Source: Lobosporangium transversale (taxonomy: Eukaryota). Taken from it: a stretch of 64,000 bases of DNA. The stretch spans positions 1 through 64,000 of the forward strand of contig NW_019028999.1 in the NCBI RefSeq assembly GCF_002105155.1, written 5' to 3'. The notes below the pieces were generated by a model. It was not told the DNA's origin and did no database searches. It saw only the letters and a program-made list of their open reading frames with translations. Each line of letters opens with the position of its first letter. The stretch's first letter is position 1. Shown here piece by piece: positions 51,201 through 64,000 of the stretch. A program made the translations under genes and the position numbers.

Positions 51201-54200
51201 GAATAGACCGATGGACAAAGCGATACTGGTTGCCTGTGCGATTCATAGGTGATGCTTCTCGAAGGAGGTACTTCTCACTCTCCCTGCTAAAATACTCCTC
51301 TTTCCATGTACCCTTGTGCTTTGATGGAGAGTAGTCTACCACAGGATTCCCATCTTGGTTCTTATAAATTTCTACAGACAGGTCTGCCAAGTATCTGATC
51401 CCGTTCTGTGCGAATCCTTCATCACAAAGTATCCGGAACATCCTCTTATCTGATGCAGATATTTCTCCTAGTCGCTTCTTGCCTCGCTCGAGCCACAACT
51501 CAACGAACTGGTCATACAACATGACGCGCCTGATCTGTGTTTTAGAGATATCTTTATGCGGATCCACCATCCGTGGTAATACTTCCAGCGAGAGCGATAG
51601 TATGAATGGATTCTTCATAAGATCTTGTAGACTGGGTACCATCTTGAGTGCGCGCTGATAGTCCTCTACATGCCAAAGTAAGTCCACGGCAGCAACGTAC
51701 TGTTTGATATAATCATCGACCTGACCCTCAGAGAATGGTACAATCATAGCTTCTTGGAACAACCCAGTATCGGCTTGGTGATTGCGATCCATAGGCTGGA
51801 AGCGATCCCGATAGTCTATTCCAAGATACTCGCTGCGGCAACTGATCACCATCTGACACGCCCATTCGCCAGGCTCATTGAGATCATTACTGACATACAG
51901 ATTGTTGGTTTGCATGGCTTCATCGTATCCATCGCAGATTAAGATGAATGACCGAGTCATCTTCAGTTCCTTGATCTGCGCCTCAGTGAAATCGTACATT
52001 CGCAGCTGTTTAGCAACTATATCTTTGGTTGGGTTTTCGATACCCGGCAGGTTGATATATAATGGGATCCGACCATACTTCGGTTGATATGCCTCCCAGA
52101 GAGTCGATTCTAGAGTTTGATTGAATGTCGACTTGCCTGCTCCGGAATCACCTCGAACAAGCATTACTTTCTGATCGCTGTCCAGGAACCCTTTTACTTT
52201 GTCCATCAGCAAGAACAAATCAGTATCGCTCGCTTGGGGAGTTGCTTTGGCATACTGTTGGATGTAAAAGCTCTGTTTGTCGTCTCTGGCCGCCATTCGC
52301 CGTCGCTTGAGTAGACGCAAACTCTTCTCGACGTCAGATTTATTCTGCACACGATCAAGCAATGACGCGGATGCAGGTGGAGGCGGTGTTACAATGAAGG
52401 GATACTGCGTTAATGGCTCTTGGGACCAATTCTTGTACAGTTGTTGCTTATTGACATCTCCTTCCATAGCAAGATCAGCCAGAAGTGTCTCTGCGACTAC
52501 AAGGAAATACATGTAGGATATACAATCTACTATTAATAGGCTTGCTTCGCATGATACAATTAAAGATGAGGCACTATATCTGCTTACCTTGTAGATCTTC
52601 CTTAGCTAACGAAATCAGCTTCTTCAGTATAGTAATAATCCATTGTTTGATCTCCACGCGATTACCCCAGTCCTCATCATTCTTATAAATCACTCCAAGG
52701 AAAGCAATCGCACCTTGGCGCGTTTCCATAGTCCACTGTGTATCGACTGCAATCTGTCCTAGTCGCTGACATAACCCCCATTGGAATGCAAGGTCTCGTC
52801 GGCAGGGTGCCTCACACACAAGGGCCTTGAACTTGGTGAGCTCACCTGTCCGAAGAAATGAATCAGCTCCACGAAGTGCTGGATACCATGCGCTTTTGCG
52901 ACTAAAGCTGAGTCCTTCTTCCATACACTCTCTGAACGTCGTTCCGCTCTCGTACAGTGAAACTGCACCATTGTACACATCCAAACTCGTGTCAACAATG
53001 TCTGCCACATACGGAAGTCCATTCTGGATATTGACCAGTTCATCCATGAAGGCATTTAGATTGAGCTCTTTGACTGCACTCACAAGCCCAAATACTCCTC
53101 GAGCCACCGCTGATGCACGTCGAAGCATAGATTGCATTGTTGATTCATCATTTGGAATATAAAGTAGCGCTTGAAAAGCATAGGCTGCATGATACACCAG
53201 ATGAGGATCTGAGCTTTCTTTTAGTCCCTTCAGACAGGCTGCTAATGGTTCATGGAGCTGCTCTCGCTTCAGGCCCTTGACTTGGTTATTGATCATGGCA
53301 TCGAGAACATGTGAAACTGTCACACACAGCTGATAGATATGCCCACTAGATTGTCCGTGAGTGCCTTGTAAGCGAGAACTTAGATTGCTGAGGATAACAA
53401 CCATATCATCAGAGTCGAGGTATCCGGGAGAAGCATACTGTATCAGCTGAGCCAATCCTTCCAGCAAATGAATCTCTAGCATTATATTCTGACCAATTCC
53501 TTTGACCAAGGCCATGAGCACTGCCCTATACTGATCTTGATTGAGAACTGGAGCCAACATAACAACTTCAGCAACAATAGCCTTAGCCTTGATATTATCT
53601 TGGATGAATGTTGAAATCACTCCCGATGCTAAGTTCCGAAGTCGCTCCTGTTCATCTTGATCATCCAGCACGGCCAAAGCCCAGCCTTGCTCCTGCTCAC
53701 TGGGATTTGTTTTTGGTATAGGTGCAGTAGGAAGCAGGCTAAGACAGTTGACAAGCTGCTGGGTATCGTCCAGGTAAGCGCCTGGAGGGGGTAAGTTGTA
53801 TTCGAGCTTCACTTGAACTACATCATGGCTAAATATGTCTTTTGGAACAACTGCGGGGCTGTGTGATTTTAGAGTTCCCGCGCCTTTAATTGCCCCTTTC
53901 AATTTGCCGATACTGATGCCGCCGCTTCGCTGTTCGCTGCTGTTGCTGTTGCTATTGCTGTTATTATTGCTGTTACTATTGCTGTTAGTGGGTATATGGG
54001 TTCGTAATGACTCTTGACGGACAATACTGCTCCCTTGGATGTATCCCCACTTCTCTGCTTTTCCATCACTTTTCTTAGCATCATTTAAGCGGCCTAGACG
54101 TCCGAATAAGCGAGCGACTTCATAGTAAGCTGAAGCGACAGCTTGACATAGCATTTTATCTCCATTGGAAGCTGAAGAGGCAAGATTTTTTCTCGACTGC

Positions 54201-54361
54201 TGGATTCGAGACAGTGCAAAGTCTGCATCGAGACACAACTCCATGAGGATTTCATGATCATTGTCTATTCTACGAGCGTCCTCCATGTAAAGATTGAAGA
54301 GTCTCAGAGCCTTTGATGGCGAAAGGACACCTCGTGTCGAAGTATACGTCTTGCCAAACAT
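48250..54361 (-). CDS. NLR-like STAND protein (2006 aa): helical/Arm-like N-domain, NACHT NTPase, pentapeptide repeats, WD40 propellers; 2 exons
   Basis: Exons 54361-52588 and 52496-48250 (6021 nt). Walker A GDSGAGKS (~52129-52152), Walker B FILICDGYDE, YRFVHRSILEY, pentapeptides GADLSHGIFERAQLQGADLRKVNF, and many GH...YSP...WD repeats. Confidence 0.93.
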
Positions 54362-57300
54362 CGGCTATTGTCCTTTTTGTTTTCCTTTGGATTTTGATCT
54401 ATTGATTAAAGAATTTCAAATAATACTTCTAATCAGCAACCATTATTGCGATAGATACATAGTTGATTGTAAGGATAGTGAGTGATATTACATTCAGGTA
54501 TTTTAAGGACGAAAATACGAAGATGGCTTGTAAAAACAAATGCTTTATGTTGAGAGATAATGTTGTTGTGAGAACGAGAGAGGTGAAGAAACAGAGAAAA
54601 GATGTGAAAGGAAAAGAATTATGATCGGTGACTTCTCCAGTGAATTCAATACACAAGATGGAATTAGTAGAGCCCATTTGTGTGTTTGCATGTTGCCAGT
54701 GGTGAAACAGATTAAAAGATGCAAGCTTTGCCTCCTTTCCAAGAAACCAATCTTTTGAACAGAAAACACAACAAGTCGAAAATTGCACCAAAAGATTGCC
54801 AGCTATTGGTAGCGAAGGAGCAAACTCAGTTGCAACTTTTTAATGCCCCCTCTCAAAATCGCCACTAATTGAGCGAGGCAAATCCTCATATTTTTGGTAA
54901 AGTCTAAGGAAATACGTCTCTTTCGAAAGAATGTGTGCTGGCGCAATAAATTATTTGCAGAGTTGACCCAACGTCTACAAAGAATTATGGATAGTATCCT
55001 CAACAACGATCCAAACATGGTATGCTGGTATTACGGCAATTACAACCTTGTTGCTGTGTTTGGGACAAATAAGATTTGCGTACTAGTCAATGCAATATTT
55101 TACAACTGCCCCTCAGATGGCGAAACGGAAAAGTTTATTGGTGCAGCTCCCTTATAACTATAGTTCCAAGCAACCGTTAGGTTTTGTTTGAAGAGAACCC
55201 ACTGAGCACATGGCAGATGGAGATTTACTCGGTCAAAGTTGAAAAACCTGGTTTTGAACCATGGTATAGCAGGACGACCCACATTAAATGCAGTAGAAAG
55301 TCTTTGAAGTAGCATGAATGTAGTGATAAGATTGAAAAGCAGAGGTATCAGATGGGTACACGCTGGGCTGGGCACGACGTAAGTGCCTCGAATGCACTTT
55401 TTTCTGCAACAGACAACATTTTCATAAAGTGAGCGTCGTTTTTCCGCTTGCTAAATATCCTATTCATCAAATTGTACACTTATTCTGAAGTCCTAGGAAG
55501 CTTTGAACTAAATGTCTAATGTGGAAAAGCTGCTTTTTAGACAGAAGCTCATACATAAAATGTTGAAGTATGTACCCTGGACGCTTCATCTCAAATCAAC
55601 ACTATCCATTATCTCTTCTAAAAGCTTGAGAGTGCTTATACTCAAATAAAAATCGCCGCAATGGTTTTCCAGGCAAAAGGAGCAATTGACTAGGCGAATA
55701 TTTGATATACACTGTCCTGTTCCTCTATCCCGTGTATGCGCTGTGTCTTCCATGCCCCCAAGTTAGTTTTATGTGAGCATATAAATAGTAGCTGCTTGGA
55801 TGTCTCACAGGTGTGATGGCTGTTAGGACAATATTGCATTCACCTTAGAGCGAGGATGGCCTTAAAATTTGCAGACCTGTTGTTCTTGTCATGCATTTCA
55901 AAGCCTCACTCTATTATCGTCAACACAAATGGCTATCTAAGTGGTTAGTCGTGGAAGAGCATCTGTAATACTGCAAGTCGTTTACTCAACAATGGAAAAA
56001 GCAACTCGCCGCTCCAAAAAAGCTCAAAAAGGAAAGCACCTTTGGCTTCAACCATTTCACCTTTGTACGATTTTTTTTCTTTTTTCTTTTTTTTTTTTTT
56101 GTCCAGCAAACTCTCTATCTTTCCAGACATTCAAAAAAGCCCCTAGCATCTCCACCAACCATCCTACATCGCGAAGTTTTCAACCGCTACTGTCTTTTTC
56201 ATGGCTGTTGTCATCTTGATTATGTTCACTCCTAAGATTGTAGGTGTGGTCTTTACACTTGCGCGTGTTTATATCCTTGTTTCTATGTTGCATTTGAATA
56301 ATATGATGCCTCTATTCATTTTGAGCGACTGAATCTAGTCATGCGTAGGTCATGACTACAATAAGAAGTCTGCTTTTCAATATTACATGTGGTGGTTCGG
56401 ATATGCTGTAGAATGTTGTTTCCATGGCATGACTGCTTTCCCCTTAGAAACTGCTTTTCCTTGCTACGCTATTAGACTGGTCATATCTCGAGATTGTTTA
56501 TGTTGTGCTTCATAAGATAAACAAATAAAACGATAGGAGCATTGATCTGCAATGAGGCTTCTAACTGAGGACATAGGCAGTGATATGAACGATCTGAGCG
56601 ACTATATCCGTTCATCTGTGGTACTCGTATAGAAACCCGATTTTAAATCTCAAGATGGTGCGTTAGACATTATAGATGTGACAGAGTTTTTGCTTTCATC
56701 TTAAACAGTAACATCAAGAGTGAGGAGAGAAGTTTTTTATTTGCTCAACCACATCTACTCGGTGAAATATCACTACAGTAGTAATATTCCTTAGGCCCGA
56801 AAAAAAGGCATCAAGTAAGAAGGCAGCTGAATACCATTTGCATTGTAGTTTTTATAAAATTGTGTTTTATCAAATGAATAAGTGACGCACGGGGGTTTTT
56901 TTTTTTTTTTTGTTTCCTCTGACTGACCGATTGAGAGCATGGTCCGCTATTAAATTACAAAAAAAAAGTGAGAGAAACGACACCTTTATCCTTGTAATGG
57001 AAAAGCGCACGACGTGATGACTGTTCCAACGTGCCATTCAGGCCTTGTACAGCGAAGCCTGTCAGTAGACATGAGTATTGACTTATTGGCTTGAACAGAA
57101 CAAATACCTTGCCGTCTCGCCACTTCCTTTTGTTCATCATAGCGAATGAGAGTGATCACTTTACTGAGCTTAAAAGACTAAAGCCATTGCTAGACTCCCA
57201 TAACTTAACATCTATACTGTCTGAGCACTATGTTAGTTGTGTTAAAGTCTGAACATGAGTAAATGCTTGAGAATTTTCCGTAGGGTTGGGCGCACCTTGA

Positions 57301-58734
57301 TAACTATTACATTAATTCAGGAGTAACGCGTCCCAAACCACATCTTTCCTCCTGAGCCTTGAATAGTGCAATGAACTACTACCTCGTGCAGATGAGGAAT
57401 AAATTTATTTGATCCCTGAAAAGATAAAGAAGGGTCATGGTGACCGTTTAAAAGTGAAATGAGCATGGGGTAATGGATAACGGCTTTTTGTAAACATCTC
57501 TACCAATTGCTTCAGTCAGTAGCGAAAACCACGCTTCATAATGCATCTGCGCCGTCCCGGCTTCAAAAAAAAGGGCTCACTCTTGGAGCGCAAGTGAAGA
57601 AGAAAAATGCAGAGTTGACGCAATTGATGTGATGAGAGCAAAAAATAGTCCTTGCCTTGCTGATGTTTGATAATAGCGCGTCTTGAACTTTTCGTCTACA
57701 TACATAGTCCAAGTTAGCAACAGTCTGAGCAATATCAGTCAATGACACCCACCAAAGGAAACAAAAAAGAACGCAGAAAGCAGCTGAAGTTAATTGGCTT
57801 TACTGAGTCTCTTCATGACAGAACATCTGGCAGGGAACATACACAAATTGACAATTGAAGCGTCTAGTAAGATCGTTGGGCCTCTAGTCTCTTCTTGCCC
57901 TAGCTGCTCGTCTTGATGCAAAATGGAGACCAGGGGATGAAGAATGGATAGGAAGTCGAGAAAAAGGAAAGGATACTATAGATGCCGATGAAAAAACATG
58001 ACTCCCCTGCCATCTTTGCCGTTGAGATATCCTTAGTTCCTTCTGCCATTTCAACCAAATAACGCAAGATACCTACTGTTTTTGGCTCTTCAGGGCATGG
58101 CACACAAACCACGCCTTTGTCAATGTACTAAAAGTGAAATAATAACTCTTGCTGCTTATTGTTATTTTTATTATCTAGACATTGACATAGACGTCTCTTT
58201 GAGCACGCCCCTGTGGCTCCTTTAATAGACTAGCCGTGTAGCCTGAAGGCTAGTATAGCAACAGATTGTATTCTTTTTTTGGAGACAAAAAGATTTAAAC
58301 TTTCCTCTTTTAGGACGATTGTACTTTGTTGATATGCATGCCAGCCCCTAGTCCTACCAGACAATGGCCATGGGCATGTCCAATTGGAAAAAATCGCGAC
58401 AGGGATGCAGGAGGAATCACCGAAAATAAACGGTGCTAACGTCCCTTAACTTTAATCCAGTGGTAATCTAAAAAAAAAAAAAAAAGATCTTTTCAACTGC
58501 TCACCATTCATGCTTCAAATGCTAACAGCTCTTCATAAACATATCCTGTATATTCTTGAAGTCTGTCTGAAAAAAGGTTTGAACGGTTATAAAAAAAAGG
58601 AACAAGCAACATATAAATACCAACATGGCCCCCACCCTAGAACAGACTTCTACAACAAACTCATCTGCAGCTTTCTCATAAAAACTTTCCTACACACTCC
58701 AAGCCAATAGCTTCACTCAAAACATACTCTCAAC

Positions 58735-59531
58735 ATGAAAATCTCTTCCGTCATCCTTGCATTGTCTGCTGTCGTTGCCATGACTCAGGCTCTTGCTCCT
58801 ATCACTCCTTCCAGCGACATTGCACCTTTGAATAATGGCGTAAATGTCAACAACATGGTTCCTAGTTTGCTTAAGCGCCATGTCGCCGCCGCTGCAGTCG
58901 ATGCCGATGTCAAGGTCGATGCTCTCGTTGTTGTAGTAGCCGATATCGTTCTCGATGTTAAGGCCAAGCTTAATGCTTTTATTGCTGCTCAAGTTGAGGC
59001 CAAGTTGAAGGCCGATGTCAGCCTTGTTGGCCTTGTTGATATCCGCGCCAAGGTGGATGGTAAGTTCAGTCATCAAGTTGAAAGCGAGGGAGAAAGCATA
59101 GCCCTCAGTCTCTTGCATTATACTGTTTATTCTCTTTGGGATTTGATTCTAATCTCCTGCGATTTTTGCTACCTCTCTGCTATGATCGTATAGCTGCTGT
59201 TCAAGCCACCATTGATCTTTACTTGGGACTTGATGTCAATGCCGATATTCAAGTTGCATTGGCAGCTATTGTCGATGCTCACGTCAGCGCCAATGTTGAT
59301 GCTGATGCCAAGGCCATCGCTGCTGATGTCAAGGCCTTGATTGAAGCACGCCTCAATGCTTTGGTCGCTCACGTCGATGCCAAGGTCCTCGCTGCTGTCT
59401 ATGCTGCCATCGGAGCTTCTGTCAATGTTGGTGTTGGTGTTGATCTTGACGTCGATGTTCACGCTGAGGTCCTTGCTCTCCTTGCTGAGGTTAATGTCGA
59501 AGCCATCATCGCCGCCCTTGTCAACCTTTAA
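58735..59531 (+). CDS. Secreted cysteine-free Ala/Val/Asp-rich protein (220 aa) with pro-peptide ending in KR; 2 exons
   Basis: Exons 58735-59059 and 59194-59531 splice in frame. Signal peptide MKISSVILALSAVVAMTQA, LLKR site, strong C/T-ending codon bias, and TATAAA at ~58612. Confidence 0.85.
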
Positions 59532-60637
59532 AGGGATCTCCTCAAAGAAAGCAAAAAATCACCCTAGACAAATTCCTACTTTTTATAACCTACAAACCTA
59601 TCTAATTCCACTTATTTAGCCTCTATCTATAATTCTCCATCTTTCTCTCGAAAAGTCTCTTTTTTGCTGCGCATTTAAGAGAATAGCTAATTGTTTTGTA
59701 ATACAAAGAAACCATTAATTAATCTACTATACTTGACATGTTCAGTACCCTGGTACTCATTGATTATGTTTAGTGTTAATATGTTTACAATTGTTATATA
59801 ATATAGAGTTGTTGATTAATGTCAAATTGAGCACGTCTTTTGTTGAAGGTATCACACGATAAAACTAAACTACACGTGCATTGAAGCAGTTGCCACTAAC
59901 GTACCTAAAATTGCTGCGCCGATCACTGATTTGTATACCTTGGAATCGGAGAACCCGTAGACACTGTCATACAACTTGCTTTTGATGAAATCACTCTGTA
60001 TATTGTATCTCTAATTCACTTCTAAATTGCTGTAATTTTTTTTTTTTTTTTTTTTTTTTGAACATTTATTTCATGATGTAAATGAGGAGGGAGAATATGT
60101 ACGTTTATAATATTTTGTTTTCTTGTAAATAGGTACAATGCCATGCATATGTGCTAAGGGATGTTGCTGTTTGGTGTCTCTTTGATTTTTTCTAATGTTA
60201 TTCTTCTATTGGATTATTTCAGATGATGATCGTTTAATCCCTATTGGTCAGTTCCAGATAAAAAAAAAATAAAAAACGGTAAGCAATTGCAATTAGAACA
60301 TCACTACGCACATGGCACCGTGCAGACGTGCAGCAAAAAGTAAACAGAAACAATAAGAATAGAGAATAAGAATAGAGAATAAGGGATGAGCAAGAGAGAA
60401 AGAGAAAAATAAATAATAAAAGAATAATATCTATATCTTCTTTTAATAATTAGGTGCACTGTTTTAGCATTTCGTTCTCACGAAAATCATCCCCGGTGTG
60501 TTTTTTGCCTCATGGTTTGCTATGCTATTCTCGTAATGTAGGAATCAGCGTGGTCACACAAAACAAAGAAAGAAAAAGAGATGTGTTGGAAATGTTGATA
60601 GAAAAATGGATTTTCTCCATGCATTGAAGAGTTATAT

Positions 60638-61043
60638 TTAGCTCTTCTTTTTGTCCAAACCGTTCACCCTCGGTTAGGTAAGAAAGAGAAAGATGCATGG
60701 TGCGTATGTGAAAAAAAAGGAGACGGGAGACGACGGTATAGTTATTGCCCTAGAAGAAGAAGGACGTTTACCTGTACTGGCTGTGAGGATTTTCGTTATA
60801 GACTTCGCTGCTCCGGACAGCTTTTGTATCCTTTCGAGAGAGCACACGCTTGAAGGACTTTGCACGGTTCATGTTATTATCGTTGCCAACTTGGTTATGA
60901 GTGTAAATCCCATCCTTATAGTTAGACTCATAGTATTCTTTGTCTCTCTGTTCAAACTCCGGTGTGAGTGCTGCCCTGCGCTTGGTATATTTGCCGATTT
61001 TCCAAATCTCGTAGTTGCGCATCAATTTGTCCATGAGGCCCAT
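60638..61043 (-). CDS. Small uncharacterised basic protein (~91-100 aa)
   Basis: ATG 61043, MGLMDKLMRNYEIWKIGKYTKRRAALTPEFEQRDKEYYESNYKDGIY.... It either stops at 60768 or splices 60771-60669 to end RVNGLDKKKS* at 60638. Confidence 0.7.
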
Positions 61044-62767
61044 GTTAGAACTTATATTGGTAAAAAAAAAAAAGCAAGGATGGAAAGGGATGACAATGAA
61101 AAAAAGGAATGATTGAATGTCTAAATGAGGAAATGAGTGTGAGTGAACGATGTGATTGAATGATGCGTTTATGAACGAATGAGTGAATGAACGAATGAAC
61201 AAATGAGGGAGAAGAGGAAAGAAAGGAAGGAGCGAAGCAATTATAAAGGGTAAATAAAGAGATAGAGATGTGAAAAGGAGAGCAGCGTGAGGGAGAGATG
61301 GAATGCGAATGGATGAGAGAATGAAAGGGTGAATGAAGGGCAATGAAGTCGGGTCTGTGGGAAAGAAAAAGCAAATGGTGAAGGGAAAAAGAAAAAGACG
61401 CAGACAGGGGGAAGGGGGAAGAAGGGGAAAAGGAAAAAAGATGGTGTGGGTTGTCAGTCAGGGCCTGCTCCATTGGAATAAGGTATTGAGTAATATAACT
61501 ATCATTGCTCCATCCATTGGCCATTGGATCCTATTCGGGTCCAACTCTTTGTCTCATTGCAATCAGAGTCCTTGGCCCAATCGTAAGCAGCCGGATCTGT
61601 AACTGTGAAATGAACTTGAGGAGGAAAAGGAATAGATGGAGATGGTCTCTTTTCTCTTTTCGCTTTCTGAAAATGCTTCTGATGAGATTCTCTTCTGCTC
61701 ACAACTTTATTCAGCTATGCTTGCCAGTCCCCTCTTCTTCCGCTTTTACAAAGAACAAGGGCACATCGGCATCTTCTTTGGCGCTTTGGTAGAGTTCATT
61801 GAACATTTCTTGCTGGTCCTTTGGTTCTTTCGCCAGATCTCATTGTCAACAACGCAATTCACACCCTTTGTGTGAGAAAGGCACTAGTCCGTAAAAGAAA
61901 AGAATTTAACCCATGTTACCCAGCGATCGTGATCACTCGTTGGTTCAAATCGATAACGAATGAGCGTGTCTGGTGTCTGTGCTGTGTGATATGGTGCCTG
62001 AGTTTGATTACTCCGGCTGATGGTCTTTCAATATCCGTAACATCATAGCTGGAAGCAAGGGCCTTCCTGCAGGAGGACACCATCCACATGTACATTAAGA
62101 TGGTTACTTCACACAAACAGAATGGCACATTGTTTGATTTTCATTCTTTGCCTCTCCACATTGACTTTCATTTTGTGTTTGCATTTGTTTATTTGACATG
62201 AAAATGTATATAATGTGAGTGTGTACAAATGAGCCCTGTTAACTCGAAGAGACACAAGGGTATTTTTAACCGTCGCCGTTCTTAATGACTGCTGCTCTTC
62301 CACCCTCTTATTCATTCAGTGCTCACTCACTGTGCTCACTTTTTTTATTGCTTTAATCCATTCTACCATCATTTCCTATGATGCGGTGCTTTATGTGAAT
62401 GAAAGGTTCCCTTGACCAAATAATCCGCCTCAGTTAAACACCTCAAATAATAAAAATTCGTAAACATGAAATACGAAACGAGTGCTCTCACTTCGTAGAG
62501 AAGTTGTCGAAAGAACCCATCGCTTTTTTGACTTTCCGCATTGCACATGGCAATCAAATTATAAATACCACGTTGTCGCGTCATAAAAGCCATTTGATGC
62601 GATGTAAAAGCGCTGGTTACTTGGTCCGTGGAAGAAAAGGAGTCTGATTATGATCGAGAAAATACAGGCTTACTTTCAAGATGAAAAAAAAGGGCTCCCC
62701 TTAACAGCCATGTCAATTTGCTTTTTGATAATTCATCTTGATCAAATCAAATTCGCCAGCATACCCC

Positions 62768-62777
62768 TGCCACGTCA
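62768..62777 (+). promoter_or_regulatory. Candidate unfolded-protein-response element (TGACGTGG-type bZIP site)
   Basis: TGCCACGTCA (reverse complement TGACGTGGCA) about 190 nt upstream of the ER DnaJ start codon. Confidence 0.45.
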
Positions 62778-62965
62778 AAAAGGTTGAATTGTAGTACAAA
62801 CTCTCAGATTCAAATGATCATCTCATTTTCATTTCATTCGATCGCCTTCTCTTCATCTCTTCATCTTCTTCTTCTTTTCTACTTGCATTCGCTTTCGCTG
62901 CCTCTTTTTTGACACATTTCCAACAAAGTGTTTGCCATCTCATACTCCAACATATCTTCTCTAAG

Positions 62966-64000
62966 ATGAAGGTCCTTGTTCTACTGAGCATATTGCTTGG
63001 TTTGTTCACTGCACTTGTAGCGGCCGGTGCAGACTACTATAAAGTTTTAGGACTCACTCGAAGCGCAACCCCAAAGGAAATCAAAAAACAATACAAAGCC
63101 TTGTCTAAAAAATACCATCCAGACAAAAACCCTGGCAATAAAGAAGCAGAAGAAAAGTTTGTCGAGGTTGCAGCAGGTAAACCACAGCAGAAGACATACT
63201 CATATTTTTTATATACCATATTGTGGCCATTATTTTCCATATTCTCTTTTATCTTTCCTTTTCTTTCTACCTTCACATTATTAATTACGTTAACGCTTCC
63301 TTATGAGCCATATAGCCTACGAAGTTCTCTCAGACAATGAAAAGAAGAGCATCTACGATAGGTACGGCGAAGAAGGACTGAAGCAGCATCAAGCCAATGG
63401 TGGCGGTGGTCATGGTGGCTTCCATGATCCGTTCGATATCTTTGCACAATTCTTTGGTGGCGGATCTAGACATCATCATCATGGAGAACAGGAGCGAAGA
63501 GGTCCCGAGATGCGATTGGAACTTGAGGTTACCCTGGAAGAATTGTATTCTGGAAACTCAATCGAGATTGAGGTTTCGAAACAGGTCATCTGTCCTCATT
63601 GCGATGGATCTGGCGCTAAATCGTCCGACAGTGTAGTCACATGCACAGGATGCCAAGGTCAAGGTGTCAAAGTTGTGAAACGTATGCTGGCGCCAGGCAT
63701 GTTCCAGCAGTTTCATCAAACGTAAGTAGGAAGGGAAAAAAGAAAAAAGCTTTACGAATATACCCACATCTTGATATACCATCCAGGAGATAGCTCAGGA
63801 GGCGATGATTTTCACGTATTTGTTGACAACGTTTGTCTTTCTATCTGATAGCTGTGACCAATGTGGTGGTAAGGGTAAGATGATCAAGGAACACTGTCCA
63901 GTCTGTCATGGCAACAAGGTCCAGCGCGGATCTGAACAACTGACCATTGTAGTCGAGCCAGGCCTGCCAGATGGTGCCACGATTGTCTTTGATCGGGAAG
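62966..64000 (+). CDS. SCJ1: ER-luminal type I DnaJ co-chaperone (Scj1/ERdj3-like), 3'-partial
   Basis: Signal peptide [21 protein letters not shown]-domain with HPD, a G/F region and CxxCxGxG zinc repeats ([32 protein letters not shown]). Confidence 0.92.

Noticed and set aside
57560..57620. AAAAAGGGCT resembling the U11 snRNA 5' end (also at ~62690)
   Set aside because: The downstream sequence does not show recognisable U11 stems or an Sm site.
54400..58700. Short ORFs in the 4.3-kb interval between the NLR and the secreted protein
   Set aside because: No motifs or consistent splice model, and no adjacent NLR effector gene could be supported.
1..64000. CRISPR arrays, tRNA/rRNA genes, or a biosynthetic gene cluster
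   Set aside because: No regularly spaced repeats, cloverleaf or rRNA signatures were seen, and neighbouring genes are functionally unrelated.

Overview
Eukaryotic, intron-rich fungal DNA. The gene set (Zn2Cys6 factor, PMT, PMP3, Arm-NACHT-pentapeptide-WD40 NLR) and the long poly-A/T tracts in introns point to an early-diverging fungus, most likely Mortierellaceae; this is inferred and no search was run. About 21 protein-coding genes were reconstructed by hand-splicing. In order they are: Def1/UBAP2L-like (5' partial), PMT O-mannosyltransferase, UPF0303 protein, GPI-anchored hevein protein, glucose-6-phosphate 1-epimerase, primase small subunit, Zn2Cys6 factor, Asn-rich orphan, Cys-rich single-pass receptor-like protein, THUMP methyltransferase, CAR/Git3-like GPCR, TagF-like/EEP fusion, PMP3, a doubtful 130-aa ORF, GCFC/Ntr2 splicing factor, profilin, Ett1/Nro1-like protein, a 2006-aa NLR, a secreted Ala/Val/Asp-rich protein, a small orphan and SCJ1-like DnaJ (3' partial). 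A decayed MULE/SWIM transposase relic is also present. The most striking item is the 916-aa gene at 34868-38213. It joins a bacterial-type CDP-glycerol glycerophosphotransferase (TagF/TagB-like) domain to an EEP phosphoesterase domain, is spliced through a GC-AG intron, and appears only as fragments in the ORF track. No tRNA, rRNA or CRISPR array was recognised.
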